The notes under the pieces were generated by a model that saw nothing but the letters and a program-made list of their open reading frames with translations, ran no database searches and was not told where the DNA came from. From the NCBI GenBank assembly GCA_030390025.1, contig JASTWF010000036.1, forward strand, positions 2,170,001 through 2,234,000: a DNA stretch of 64,000 nt, in the 5' to 3' direction. Shown piece after piece: positions 1-11,800 of the stretch; the first letter of the stretch is position 1, and each line of letters opens with the position of its first letter. The stretch comes from Squalus acanthias. Lineage: Eukaryota. The position numbers and the translations under genes are program-made.

Positions 1-295
1 GGGGGGACATTGTACACCACCCCTTGGTATACTTGACCTCTTGACCAAAATAGAGACATTCCACTCCCTGCTCAATCTGGTCAGCACATCTTACCTAAAC
101 CCTGCAACAAACACTGCCCACTGCACCTCTCTGGTTACCCACATCCACCCACTTGGCACATCTAAGCAAAGCTGTTAGTGGGGTGTGCTTTCTGCCCTAT
201 CCTGTGGCTTGAGAAAGCCCCATTCTAACTCCAGCCACTTTAGAAGGAAGAATTTCATCTGATCTGTACGAACTGGATTCAATTTGAATCCCGGT

Positions 296-690
296 TCCCT
301 CCACCACCGACGCACCGTGTCTGCAGTGTGCACCATCTACAAGATGCACTGCAGCAACTCGCCAAGGCTTCTTCGGCAGAACCTCCCAAACCCGCGACCT
401 CTTCCACCTCGAAGGACAAGGGCAGCAGGCGCATGCGGAACACCACCACCTCCAAGTTCCCCTCCGAGTCACACACCATCCTGACTTGGAAATATATCTC
501 TGTTCCTTCATCATCGCTGGGTCAAAATCCTGGAACACCCTCCCTAACAGCGCTGTGGGAGCACCTTCACCACACGGACTGCAGCGGTTCAAGAAGGCGG
601 CTCACCACCACCTTCGCAAGGGGCAATTAGGGATGGGCAATAAATGCCGGCCTTGCCAGCAACGCCCACATCCCGAGAATGAATAAAAAA
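296..690 (+). mobile_element. 3' fragment of a non-LTR retrotransposon (CR1/L2-group LINE ORF2 C-terminus plus tail)
   Basis: Translates to SLHHRRTVSAVCTIYKMHCSNSPRLLRQNLPNPRPLPPRRTRAAGA. Near-identical to the minus-strand copy at 47775-48326. Ends in GGGCAATTAGGGATGGGCAATAAATG...CCCACATCCC and an A-rich tail. Confidence 0.8.
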
Positions 691-946
691 GTGAACCATG
701 CAGTCCCCTTTCTTTTAATGTCCATCTGTCATTGTTCCAAACATTTAAATAATATGAGTAAATATGTGCTGCACATAAACTAAAGCCTATAGCTTTGTTA
801 ATCATGCACTAAGGGTGTGTTGTAGTCTTTGAAAGTCATTGAGGGCACAGTCACCTGGTAAAATGTGCTGTCATTAAATGAGCAGAGGAAAACACCATCC
901 TGTGATCACTGATCAGCTAATGTTTCTGCAGCACTGGAAAGTGGAT

Positions 947-1535
947 GGCCTAGAAATTCATCTCAGGCGATGATGATAAACGGACGGTATTGGATCGGCC
1001 GCCCGTTATATGCAGCACCCAATTAGAAGAATGAGGGGGGATCTCATTGAAACGTATAAAATTCTGACAGGGCTAGACAGACTGAATGCAGGGAGGATGT
1101 TTCCCCTGGCTGGGGGATCGAGAACGAGGGGTCACAGTCTCAGGATACGGGGTAGGACATTTAGGACTGAGATGAGGAGAAATGTCTTCACTCAGAGGGT
1201 GGAGAACCTGTGGAATTCTCTACCACAGAAGGCTGTGGAGGACAAGTCACTGAATATATTTAAGAAGGAGATAGATAGATTTCTAGACACAAGGCATCAA
1301 GGGGTATGGGGAGAGTGTGGGAATATGGTGTTGCGATAGAGGATCAGCCATGATCATATTGAATGGCGGAGCAGGCTCGAAGGGCCGAATGGCCGACTCC
1401 TGCTCCTATTTTTCTATGTTTCTGTTATTCCGTTCTATTGCAGTCAATTGAACTGAATCTCAGGCGCTGCGTATAATGGGCAGTCCATCCGATTCCGCCC
1501 GTTTTGCACCACTGCCCGAGATAAATTTCTAGGCC
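947..1535. mobile_element. Palindromic MITE-like element with ~70-bp imperfect terminal inverted repeats, interrupted by a CR1 fragment
   Basis: Left GGCCTAGAAATTCATCTCAGGCGATGATGATAAACGGACGG...; reverse complement of the right end GGCCTAGAAATTTATCTCGGGCAGTGGTGCAAAACGGGCGG...; internal palindrome ATTCCGTTCTATTG-CAGT-CAATTGAACTGAAT at ~1427-1458. Confidence 0.75.
1023..1424 (+). mobile_element. CR1 LINE 3' fragment (5'-truncated)
   Basis: RRMRGDLIETYKILTGLDRL...FTQRVENLWNSLPQKAVE is a typical CR1 ORF2 C-terminus. Followed by CR1-type 3' UTR GGGCCGAATGGCC and a TTCTATGTTTCT tail. Confidence 0.9.
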
Positions 1536-2067
1536 TTTAAGTTTCATGTTGAAAATATGAAGGTCGTCCCTGATAAGGTAAGTGCACTGCCTGCTGACTC
1601 AGTAAGCAGTACAGAACAGAATGTCCCAGGTTCAATCTCCAGTCTGTACTGGTTTAGTGGGAAAATAAAAATGAAACCGTTTGCGCTGCAGATGAACTCT
1701 GGAAGCTCGAACATTCCCCATTTAGCCGTGGGTTCAGCAGAGAGACACTGCGAGAGGGAAGACTTTCCGAGTCAGAGTCGCGTGTGTAACGAGCACATAA
1801 CCGTGTTCGTACAAAATTCCTTTCTCCATTGTTTCAACTCATTGCGCTGTTTATTTTATATGGGCTGTCAACCTTGTTGAAATAGTAGACAGAGGAATTT
1901 TATACAAGCGTTAATGCGTTCCTTACAAATAGCAAAGAGTTACCCTCAAAATATCCTGTAATGCAGAAGTGAGAGCACAAAAAATAGTATTATGCATACG
2001 AATTATTTTCAACAGGCTGAAATCTAGTCATCTTGTTATCAATGCATACTTTCAGACTGTGTATGCG

Positions 2068-2274
2068 CATGTGTGTGTGGATATGGATGTGTGTGCGTGA
2101 ATATGTATGTGGATATGGGCGGGTGTGTGTGTGTGTGGGGATATGGGCGGGTGTGTGTGTGTGTGTGTGGGGATATGGGCGGGTGTGTGTGTGAGGATAT
2201 GGGCGGGCGGGGGTGTGTGTGTGGGGATATGGGCGGGTGTGTGTGTGTGTGTGTGTGTGTGTGGGGATATGGGC

Positions 2275-2313
<39 letters not shown>

Positions 2314-2399
2314 GATATGGGCGGGTGTGTGTGTGTGTGGATATGGGCGGGTGTGTGTGTGTGTGGGGATATGGGCGGGTGTGTGTGTGTGTGTGTGTT
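2068..2399 (+). repeat. Compound mini/microsatellite (GG)GGATATGGGCGG(GT)n
   Basis: About 9 copies of GGATATGGGCGG separated by (GT)n tracts of variable length. Runs into the gap. Confidence 0.95.
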
Positions 2400-2899
2400 N
2401 NNNNNNNNNNNNNNNNNNNNNNNNNNNNNNNNNNNNNNNNNNNNNNNNNNNNNNNNNNNNNNNNNNNNNNNNNNNNNNNNNNNNNNNNNNNNNNNNNNNN
2501 NNNNNNNNNNNNNNNNNNNNNNNNNNNNNNNNNNNNNNNNNNNNNNNNNNNNNNNNNNNNNNNNNNNNNNNNNNNNNNNNNNNNNNNNNNNNNNNNNNNN
2601 NNNNNNNNNNNNNNNNNNNNNNNNNNNNNNNNNNNNNNNNNNNNNNNNNNNNNNNNNNNNNNNNNNNNNNNNNNNNNNNNNNNNNNNNNNNNNNNNNNNN
2701 NNNNNNNNNNNNNNNNNNNNNNNNNNNNNNNNNNNNNNNNNNNNNNNNNNNNNNNNNNNNNNNNNNNNNNNNNNNNNNNNNNNNNNNNNNNNNNNNNNNN
2801 NNNNNNNNNNNNNNNNNNNNNNNNNNNNNNNNNNNNNNNNNNNNNNNNNNNNNNNNNNNNNNNNNNNNNNNNNNNNNNNNNNNNNNNNNNNNNNNNNNN
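2400..2899. other. Assembly gap, 500 N
   Basis: Exactly 500 Ns. The round number suggests a fixed-size placeholder, so the true size is unknown. Confidence 0.98.
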
Positions 2900-5800
2900 T
2901 GTTCAGTTCTGGAGGCACTGTGTTCAGTTTGGACACTGTGTTCAGTTCTTGAGCACTGTGTTCAGTTCTGGAGCACTGTGTTCAGTTCTGGAGCACTCTG
3001 TTCAGTTCTGGAGCACCGTGTTCAGTTCTGGAGCACCGTGTTCAGTTCTGGAGCACTGTGTTCAGTTCTGGAGCACTGTGTTCAGTTCTGGAGCACTGTG
3101 TTCAGTTCTGGAGCACTCTGTTCAGTTCTGGAGCACTTGTTCAGTTCTGGAGCACTGTGTTCAGTTCTGGAGCACTGTGTTCAGTTCTGGAGCACCGTGT
3201 TCAGTTCTGGAGCACCGTGTTCAGTTCTGGAGCACTCGTGTTCAGTTCTGGAGCACCGTGTTCAGTTCTGGAGCACTGTGTTCAGTTCTGGAGCACTGTG
3301 TTCAGTTCTGGAGCACTGTGTTCAGTTCTGGAGCACGTGTTCAGTTCTGGAGCACTGTGTTCAGTTCTGGAGCACTGTGTTCAGTTCTGGAGCACCTGTG
3401 TTCAGTTCTGGAGCACTGCTGTTCAGTTCTGGAGCACCGTGTTCAGTTCTGGAGCACCGTGTTCAGTTCTGGAGCACTGTGTTCAGTTCTGGAGCACTGT
3501 GTTCAGTTCTGGAGCACTCGTGTTCAGTTCTGGAGCACTGTGTTCAGTTCTGGAGCACTCGTGTTCAGTTCTGGAGCACCGTGTTCAGTTCTGGAGCACT
3601 CGTGTTCAGTTCTGGAGCACCGTGTTCAGTTCTGGAGCACGTGTTCAGTTCTGGAGCACTCGTGTTCAGTTCTGGAGCACCGTGTTCAGTTCTGGAGCAC
3701 TGTGTTCAGTTCTGGAGCACTGTGTTCAGTTCTGGAGCACTGTGTTCAGTTCTGGAGCACCGTGTTCAGTTCTGGAGCACCGTGTTCAGTTCTGGAGCAC
3801 TGTGTTCAGTTCTGGAGCACTGTGTTCAGTTCTGGAGCACTGTGTTCAGTTCTGGAGCACTGTGTTCAGTTCTGGAGCACCTCTGTTCAGTTCTGGAGCA
3901 CTGTGTTCAGTTCTGGAGCACTGTGTTCAGTTCTGGAGCACTGTGTTCAGTTCTGGAGCACTCTGTTCAGTTCTGGAGCACCGTGTTCAGTTCTGGAGCA
4001 CCGTGTTCAGTTCTGGAGCACCGTGTTCAGTTCTGGAGCACTGTGTTCAGTTCTGGAGCACTGTGTTCAGTTCTGGAGCACTCTGTTCAGTTCTGGAGCA
4101 CTGTGTTCAGTTCTGGAGCACAGTGTTCAGTTCTGGAGCACCTTGTTCAGTTCTGGAGCACGTGTTCAGTTCCTGGAGCACCGTGTTCAGTTCTGGAGCA
4201 CCGTGTTCAGTTCTGGAGCACTGTGTTCAGTTCTGGAGCACCGTGTCAGTTTGGAGCACCTCTGTTCAGTTCTGGAGCACTGTGTTCAGTTCTGGAGCAC
4301 TCTGTTCAGTTCTGGAGCACCGTGTTCAGTTCTGGAGCACCTATGTTCAGTTCTGGAGCACCGTGTTCAGTCTGGAGCACCGTGGTTCAGTTCTGGAGCA
4401 CCGTGTTCAGTTTCTGAGCACCGTGTTCAGTTCTGGAGCACTGTGTTCAGTTCTGGAGCACGTGTTCAGTTCTGGAGCACTGTGTTCAGTTCTGGAGCAC
4501 CGTGTTAAGTTCTGGAGCACTGTGTTCAGTTCTGGAGCACTGTGTTCAGTTCTGGAGCACTCGTGTTCAGTTCTGGAGCACCTGTTCAGTTCTGGAGCAC
4601 TCTGTTCAGTTCTGGAGCACTGTGTTCAGTTCTGGAGCACGTGTTCAGTTCTGGAGCACCTGTGTTCAGTTCTGGAGCACTGTGTTCAGTTCTGGAGCAC
4701 CGTGTTCAGTTCTGGAGCACTGTGTTCAGTTCTGGAGCACTCTGTTCAGTTCTGGAGCACCGTGTTCAGTTCTGGAGCACTGTGTTCAGTTCTGGAGCAC
4801 CTTGTTCAGTTCTGGAGCACTGTGTTCAGTTCTGGAGCACTGTGTTCAGTTCTGGAGCACTCGTGTTCAGTTCTGGAGCACTGTGTTCAGTTCTGGAGCA
4901 CCGTGTTCAGTTCTGGAGCACCGTGTTCAGTTCTGGAGCACTGTGTTCAGTTCTGGAGCACTGTGTTCAGTTCTGGAGCACTGTGTTCAGTTCTGGAGCA
5001 CCGTGTTCAGTTCTGGAGCACCGTGTTCAGTTCTGGAGCACTGTGTTCAGTTCTGGAGCACCGTGTTCAGTTCTGGAGCACTGTGTTCAGTTCTGGAGCA
5101 CTGTGTTCAGTTCTGGAGCACCGTGTTCAGTTCTGGAGCACGTGTTCAGTTCTGGAGCACTCTGTTCAGTTCTGGAGCACCGTGTTCAGTTCTGGAGCAC
5201 CGTGTTCAGTTCTGGAGCACTGTGTTCAGTTCTGGAGCACCTGTGTTCAGTTCTGGAAGCACCGGTGTTCAGTTCTGGAGCACCGTGTTCAGTTCTGGAG
5301 CACTGTGTTCAGTTCTGGAGCACTGTGTTCAGTTCTGGAGCACTGTGTTCAGTTCTGGAGCACCGTGTTCAGTTCTGGAGCACCGTGTTCAGTTCTGGAG
5401 CATTCTGTTCAGTTCTGGAGCACTGTGTTCAGTTCTGGAGCACGTGTTCAGTTCTGGAGCACCAGTGTTCAGTTCTGGAGCACTGTGTTCAGTTCTGGAG
5501 CACTGTGTTCAGTTCTGGAGCACGTGTTCAGTTCTGGAGCACCGTGTTCAGTTCTGGAGCACTCTGTTCACTTCTGGAGCACTGTGTTCAGTTCTGGAGC
5601 ACTGTGTTCAGTTCTGGAGCACCGTGTTCAGTTCTGGAGCACTCTGTTCAGTTCTGGAGCACTCTGTTCATTTCTGGAGCTCTGTGTTCAGTTCTGGAGC
5701 ACTGTGTTCAGTTCTGGAGCACCGTGTTCAGTTCTGGAGCACTCTGTTCAGTTCTGGAGCACCGTGTTCAGTTCTGGAGCACCGTGTTCAGTTCTGGAGC

Positions 5801-8800
5801 ACTGTGTTCAGTTCTGGAGCACCGTGTTCAGTTCTGGAGCACCGTGTTCAGTTCTGGAGCACCGTGTTCAGTTCTGGAGCACTGTGTTCAGTTCTGGAGC
5901 ACTGTGTTCAGTTCTGGAGCACTGTGTTCAGTTCTGGAGCACTCTGTTCAGTTCTGGAGCACTGTGTTCAGTTCTGGAGCACTCTGTTCAGTTCTGGAGC
6001 ACCGTGTTCAGTTCTGGAGCACCGTGTTCAGTTCTGGAGCACCGTGTTCAGTTCTGGAGGCACTGTGTTCAGTTCTGGAGCACTGTGTTCAGTTCTGGAG
6101 CACTGTGTTCAGTTCTGGAGCACTCTGTTCAGTTCTGGAGCACCGTGTTCAGTTCTGGAGCACCGTGTTCAGTTCTGGAGCACTGTGTTCAGTTCTGGAG
6201 CACCGTGTTCAGTTCTGGAGCACCGTGTTCAGTTCTGGAGCACCGTGTTCAGTTCTGGAGCACTGTGTTCAGTTCTGGAGCACTGTGTTCAGTTCTGGAG
6301 CACTGTGTTCAGTTCTGGAGCACTCTGTTCAGTTCTGGAGCACTGTGTTCAGTTCTGGAGCACTGTGTTCAGTTCTGGAGCACTGTGTTCAGTTCTGGAG
6401 CACCTGTGTTCAGTTCTGGAGCACTGTGTTCAGTTCTGGAGCACGTGTTCAGTTCTGGAGCACTGTGTTCAGTTCTGGAGCACCGTGTTCAGTTCTGGAG
6501 CACCGTGTTCAGTTCTGGAGCACTGTGTTCAGTTCTGGAGCACTGTTCAGTTCTGGAGCACTGTGTTCAGTTCTGGAGCACCGTGTTCAGTTCTGGAGCA
6601 CTGTGTTCAGTTCTGGAGCACTGTGTTCAGTTCTGGAGCACTGTGTTCAGTTCTGGAGCACGTGTTCAGTTCTGGAGCACTGTGTTCAGTTCTGGAGCAC
6701 TGTGTTCAGTTCTGGAGCACTGTGTTCAGTTCTGGAGCACCTGTGTTCAGTTCTGGAGCACCGTGTTCAGTTCTGGAAGCACTCTGTTCAGTTCTGGAGC
6801 ACTGTGTTCAGTTCTGGAGCACTCTGTTCAGTTCTGGAGCACAGTGTTCAGTTCTGGAGCACCGTGTTCAGTTCTGGAGCACCGTGTTCAGTTCTGGAGC
6901 ACTGTGTTCAGTTCTGGAGCACAGTGTTCAGTTCTGGAGCACCGTGTTCAGTTCTGGAGCACTGTGTTCAGTTCTGGAGCACCGTGTTCAGTTCTGGAGC
7001 ACCGTAGTTCAGTTCTGGAGCACTGTGTTCAGTTCTGGAGCACTGTGTTCAGTTCTGGAGCACTGTGTTCAGTTCTGGAGCACTGTGTTCAGTTCTGGAG
7101 CACCTGTGTTCAGTTCTGGAGCACCGTGTTCAGTTCTGGAGCACTGTGTTCAGTTCTGGAGCACTGTGTTCAGTTCTGGAGCACCTGTGTTCAGTTCTGG
7201 AGCACTGTGTTCAGTTTCTGGAGCACCGTGTTCAGTTCTGGAGCACCGTGTTCAGTTCTGGAGCACTGTGTTCAGTTCTGGAGCACGTGTTCAGTTCTGG
7301 AGCACTGTGTTCAGTTCTGGAGCCACCGTGTTCAGTTCTGGAGCACCGTGTTCAGTTCTGGAGCACTGTTCAGCTTCAGTTCTGGAGCACTGTGTTCAGT
7401 TCTGGAGCACCGTGTTCAGTTCTGGAGCACGTGTTCAGTTCTGGAGCACTCGTGTTCAGTTCTGGAGCACCGTGTTCAGTTCTGGAGCACCGTGTTCAGT
7501 TCTGGAGCACTGTGTTCAGTTCTGGAGCACAGTGTTCAGTTCTGGAGCACTCTGTTCAGTTCTGGAGCACCGTGTTCAGTTCTGGAGCACTGTGTTCAGT
7601 TCTGGAGCACTGTGTTCAGTTCTGGAGCACTGTGTTCAGTTCTGGAGCACTAGTGTTCAGTTCTGGAGCACTGTGTTCAGTTCTGGAGCACTGTGTTCAG
7701 TTCTGGAGCACCGTGTTCAGTTCTGGAGCACCTGTGTTCAGTTCTGGAGCACTCTGTTCAGTTCTGGAGCACTCTGTTCAGTTCTGGAGCACCGTGTTCA
7801 GTTCTGGAGCACTGTGTCAGTTCTGGAGGACTGTGTTCAGTTCTGGAGCACTGTGTTCAGTTCTGGAGCACGTGTTCAGTTCTGGAGCACCGTGTTCAGT
7901 TCTGGAGCACTGTGTTCAGTTCTGGAGCTCGTGTTCAGTTCTGGAGCACTGTGTTCAGTTCTGGAGCACTTGTTCAGTTCTGGAGCACTGTGTTCAGTTC
8001 TGGAGCACTGTGTTCAGTTCTGGAGCACTGTGTTCAGTTCTGGAGCACTGTGTTCAGTTCTGGAGCACTGTGTTCAGTTCTGGAGCACGTGTTCAGTTCT
8101 GGAGCACCGTGTTCAGTTCTGGAGCACTGTGTTCAGTTCTGGAGCACGTGTTCAGTTCTGGAGCACGTGTTCAGTTCTGGAGCACTCTGTTCAGTTCTGG
8201 AGCACGTGTTCAGTTCTGGAGCACTGTGTTCAGTTCTGGAGCACCGTTGTTTCCGTGTTCAGTTCTGGAGCACTGTGTTCAGTTCTGGAGCACTGTGTTC
8301 AGTTCTGGAGCACCGTGTTCAGTTCTGGAGCACCGTGTTCAGTTCTGGAGCAGTCAGTTCTGGAGCACTGTGTTCAGTTCTGGAGCACGTGTTCAGTTCT
8401 GGAGCACCGTGTTCAGTTCTGGAGCACCGTGTTTCAGTTCTGGCGCACTTCTGTTCAGTTTCTGGAGCACTGTGTTCAGTTCTGGAGCACTCTGTTCAGT
8501 TCTGGAGCACTGTGTTCAGTTCTGGAGCTCCGTGTTCAGTTCTGGAGCACTCGTGTTCAGTTCTGGAGCACTCTGTTCAGTTTGGAGCACTCGTGTTCAG
8601 TTCTGAGCACTGTGTTCAGTTCTGGAGCACCGTGTTCAGTTCTGAGCACGTGTTCAGTTCTGGAGCACGTGTTCAGTTCTGGAGCACTCTGTTCAGTTCT
8701 GGGAGCACTGTGTTCAGTTCTGGAGCACTCTGTTCAGTTCTGGAGCACCGTGTTTCAGTTCTGAGCACTGTGTTCAGTTCTGGAGCACCGTGTTCAGTTC

Positions 8801-11800
8801 TGGAGCACTGTGTTCAGTTCTGGAGCACCGTGTTCAGTTCTGGAGCACCTGTGTTTCAGTTTCTGGAGCATTGGTCAGTTCTGGAGCACTTGTCAGTTCT
8901 GGAGCACTCTGTTCAGTTCTGGAGCAACGTGTTCAGTTCTGGAGCACCGTGTTCAGTTCTGGAGCACTGTGTTCAGTTCTGGAGCACTGTGTTCAGTTCT
9001 GGAGCACTCTGTTCAGTTCTGGAGCACTGTGTTCAGTTCTGGAGCACCTTGTTCAGTTCTGGAGCACAGTGTTCAGTTCTGGAGCACCGTGTTCAGTTCT
9101 GGAGCACCGTGTTCAGTTCTGGAGCACCGTGTTCAGTTCTGGAGCACTGTGTTCAGTTCTGGAGCACTGTGTTCAGTTCTGGAGCACTGTGTTCAGTTCT
9201 GGAGCACTCTGTTCAGTTCTGGAGCACCGTGTTCAGTTCTGGAGCACTCTGTTCAGTTCTGGAGCACTGTGTTCAGTTCTGGAGCACCGTGTTCAGTTCT
9301 GGAGCACTGTGTTCAGTTCTGGAGCACTGTGTTCAGTTCTGGAGCACTCTGTTCAGTTCTGGAGCACCGTGTTCAGTTCTGGAGCACGGTGTTCAGTTCT
9401 GGAGCACTGTGTTCAGTTCTGGAGCACTGTGTTCAGTTCTGGAGCATGTGTTCAGTTCTGGAGCACCGTGTTCAGTTCTGGAGCACTGTGTTCAGTTCTG
9501 GAGCACTCTGTTCAGTTCTGGAGCACTGTGTTCAGTTCTGGAGCACCGTGTTCAGTTCTGGAGCACTCTGTTCAGTTCTGGAGCACCGTGTTCAGTTCTG
9601 GAGCACTGTGTTCAGTTCTGGAGCACTGTGTTCAGTTCTGGAGCACCGTGTTCAGTTCTGGAGCACTGTGTTCAGTTCTGGAGCACCGTGTTCAGTTCTG
9701 GAGCACTGCTGTTCAGTTCTGGAGCACTGTGTTCAGTTCTGGAGCACTCGTGTTCAGTTCTGGAGCACTGTGTTCAGTTCTGGAGCACTCTGTTCAGTTC
9801 TGGAGCACTGTGTTCAGTTCTGGAGCAACTGTGTTCAGTTCTGGAGCACTGTGTTCAGTTCTGGAGCACTTGTTCAGTTCTGGAGCACTTGTTCAGTTCT
9901 GGAGCACTGTGTTCAGTTCTGGAGACTGTGTTCAGTTCTGGAGCACGTGTTCAGTTCTGGAGCACCGTGTTCAGTTCTGGAGCACTCTGTTCAGTTCTGG
10001 AGCACCGTGTTCAGTTCTGGAGCACTGTGTTCAGTTCTGGAGCACCTGTGTTCAGTTCTGGAGCACTGTGTTCAGTTCTGGAGCACTCTGTTCCAGTTCT
10101 GGAGCACCGTGTTCAGTTCTGGAGCACTGTGTTCAGTTCTGGAGCACTGTGTTCAGTTCTGGAGCACTGTGTTCAGTTCTGGAGCACCGTGTTCAGTTCT
10201 GGAGCACTTGTTCAGTTCTGAGGCACGTGTTCCAGTTCTGGAGCACAGTTTCAGTTCTGGAGCACCTGTGTTCAGTTCTGGAGCACCGTGTTCAGTTCTG
10301 GAGCACCGTGTTCAGTTCTGGAGCCACCGTGTTCAGTTCTGGAGCACTCGTGTTCAGTTCTGGAGCACTGTGTTCAGTTCTGGAGCGCTGTGTTCAGTTC
10401 TGGCAGCACTGTGTTCAGTTCTGGAGCACCGTGTCAGTTCTGGAGCACTGTGTTCAGTTCTGGAGCACCGTGTTCAGTTCTGGAGCACTGTGTTCAGTTC
10501 TGGAGCACCGTGTTCAGTTCTGGACACCGTGTTCAGTTCTGGAGCACCGTGTTCAGTTCTGGAGCACTGTGTTCAGTTCTGGAGCACTGTGTTCAGTTCT
10601 GGAGCACTCTGTTCAGTTCTGAGCACGTGTTCAGTTCTGGAGCACCTATGTTCAGTTCTGGAGCACCTTGTTCAGTTCTGGAGCACCGTGTTCAGTCTGG
10701 AGCACCGTGTTCAGTTCTGGAGCACTGTGTTCAGTTCTGGAGCACTGTGTTCAGTTCTGGAGCACCGTGTTCAGTTCTGGAGCACTCGTGTTCAGTTCTG
10801 GAGCACTGTGTTCAGTTCTGGAGGACCATCTGTTCAGTTCTGAGCACTGTGTTCAGTTCTGGAAGCACAGTGTTCAGTTCTGGAGCACTGTGTTCAGTTC
10901 TGGAGCACTGTGTTCAGTTTCTGGAGCACCGTGTTCAGTTCTGGAGCACTGTGTTCCGTTCTGGAGACAGTGTTCCAGTTCTGTATCAGCTGTTCAGTTC
11001 GGAGCACCTGTGTTCCGTTCTGGGCACGTTGTTCAGTTCTGGAGCACCGTGTTCAGTTCTGGAGCACCTGTGTTCAGTTCTGGAGCACTCGTGTTCAGTT
11101 CTGGAGCACCTGTGTTCAGTTCTGGAGCACCGTGTTCAGTTCTGGAGCAGTTCTGGAGCACTCTGTTCAGTTCTGGAGCACTCTGTTCAGTTCTGGAGCA
11201 CCGTGTTCAGTTCTGGAGCACTCTGTTCAGTTCTGGAGCACTGTGTTCAGTTCTGGAGCACTGTGTTCAGTTCTGGAGCACTCTGTTCAGTTCTGGGCAC
11301 CGTGTTCAGTTCTGGAGCACCGTGTTCAGTTCTGGAGCACTGTGTTCAGTTCTGGAGCACCGTGTTCAGTTCTGGAGCACTGTGTTCAGTTCTGGAGCAC
11401 CGTGTTCAGTTCTGGAGCACCGTGTTCAGTTATGGAGCACTGTGTTCAGTTCTGGAGCACTGTGTTCAGTTCTGGAGCACTGTGTTCAGTTCTGGAGCAC
11501 TATGTTCAGTTCTGGAGCACCGTGTTCAGTTCTGGAGCACTCTGTTCAGTTCTGGAGCACCGTGTTCAGTTCTGGAGCACAGTGTTCAGTTCTGGAGCAT
11601 TGTGTTCAGTTCTGGAGCACCGTGTTCAGTTCTGGAGCACTTGTTCAGTTCTGGAGCACCGTGTTCAGTTCTGGAGCACTGTGTTCAGTTCTGGAGCCTG
11701 TGTTCAGTTCTGGAGCACTGTGTTCAGTTCTGGAGCACTCTGTTCAGTTCTGGAGCACCGTGTCAGTTCTGGAGCACTGTGTTCAGTTCTGGAGCACCGT

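Noticed and set aside
2052..4508. ORFs spanning the N gap and GT repeat
   Set aside because: Translations of Ns and microsatellite sequence.
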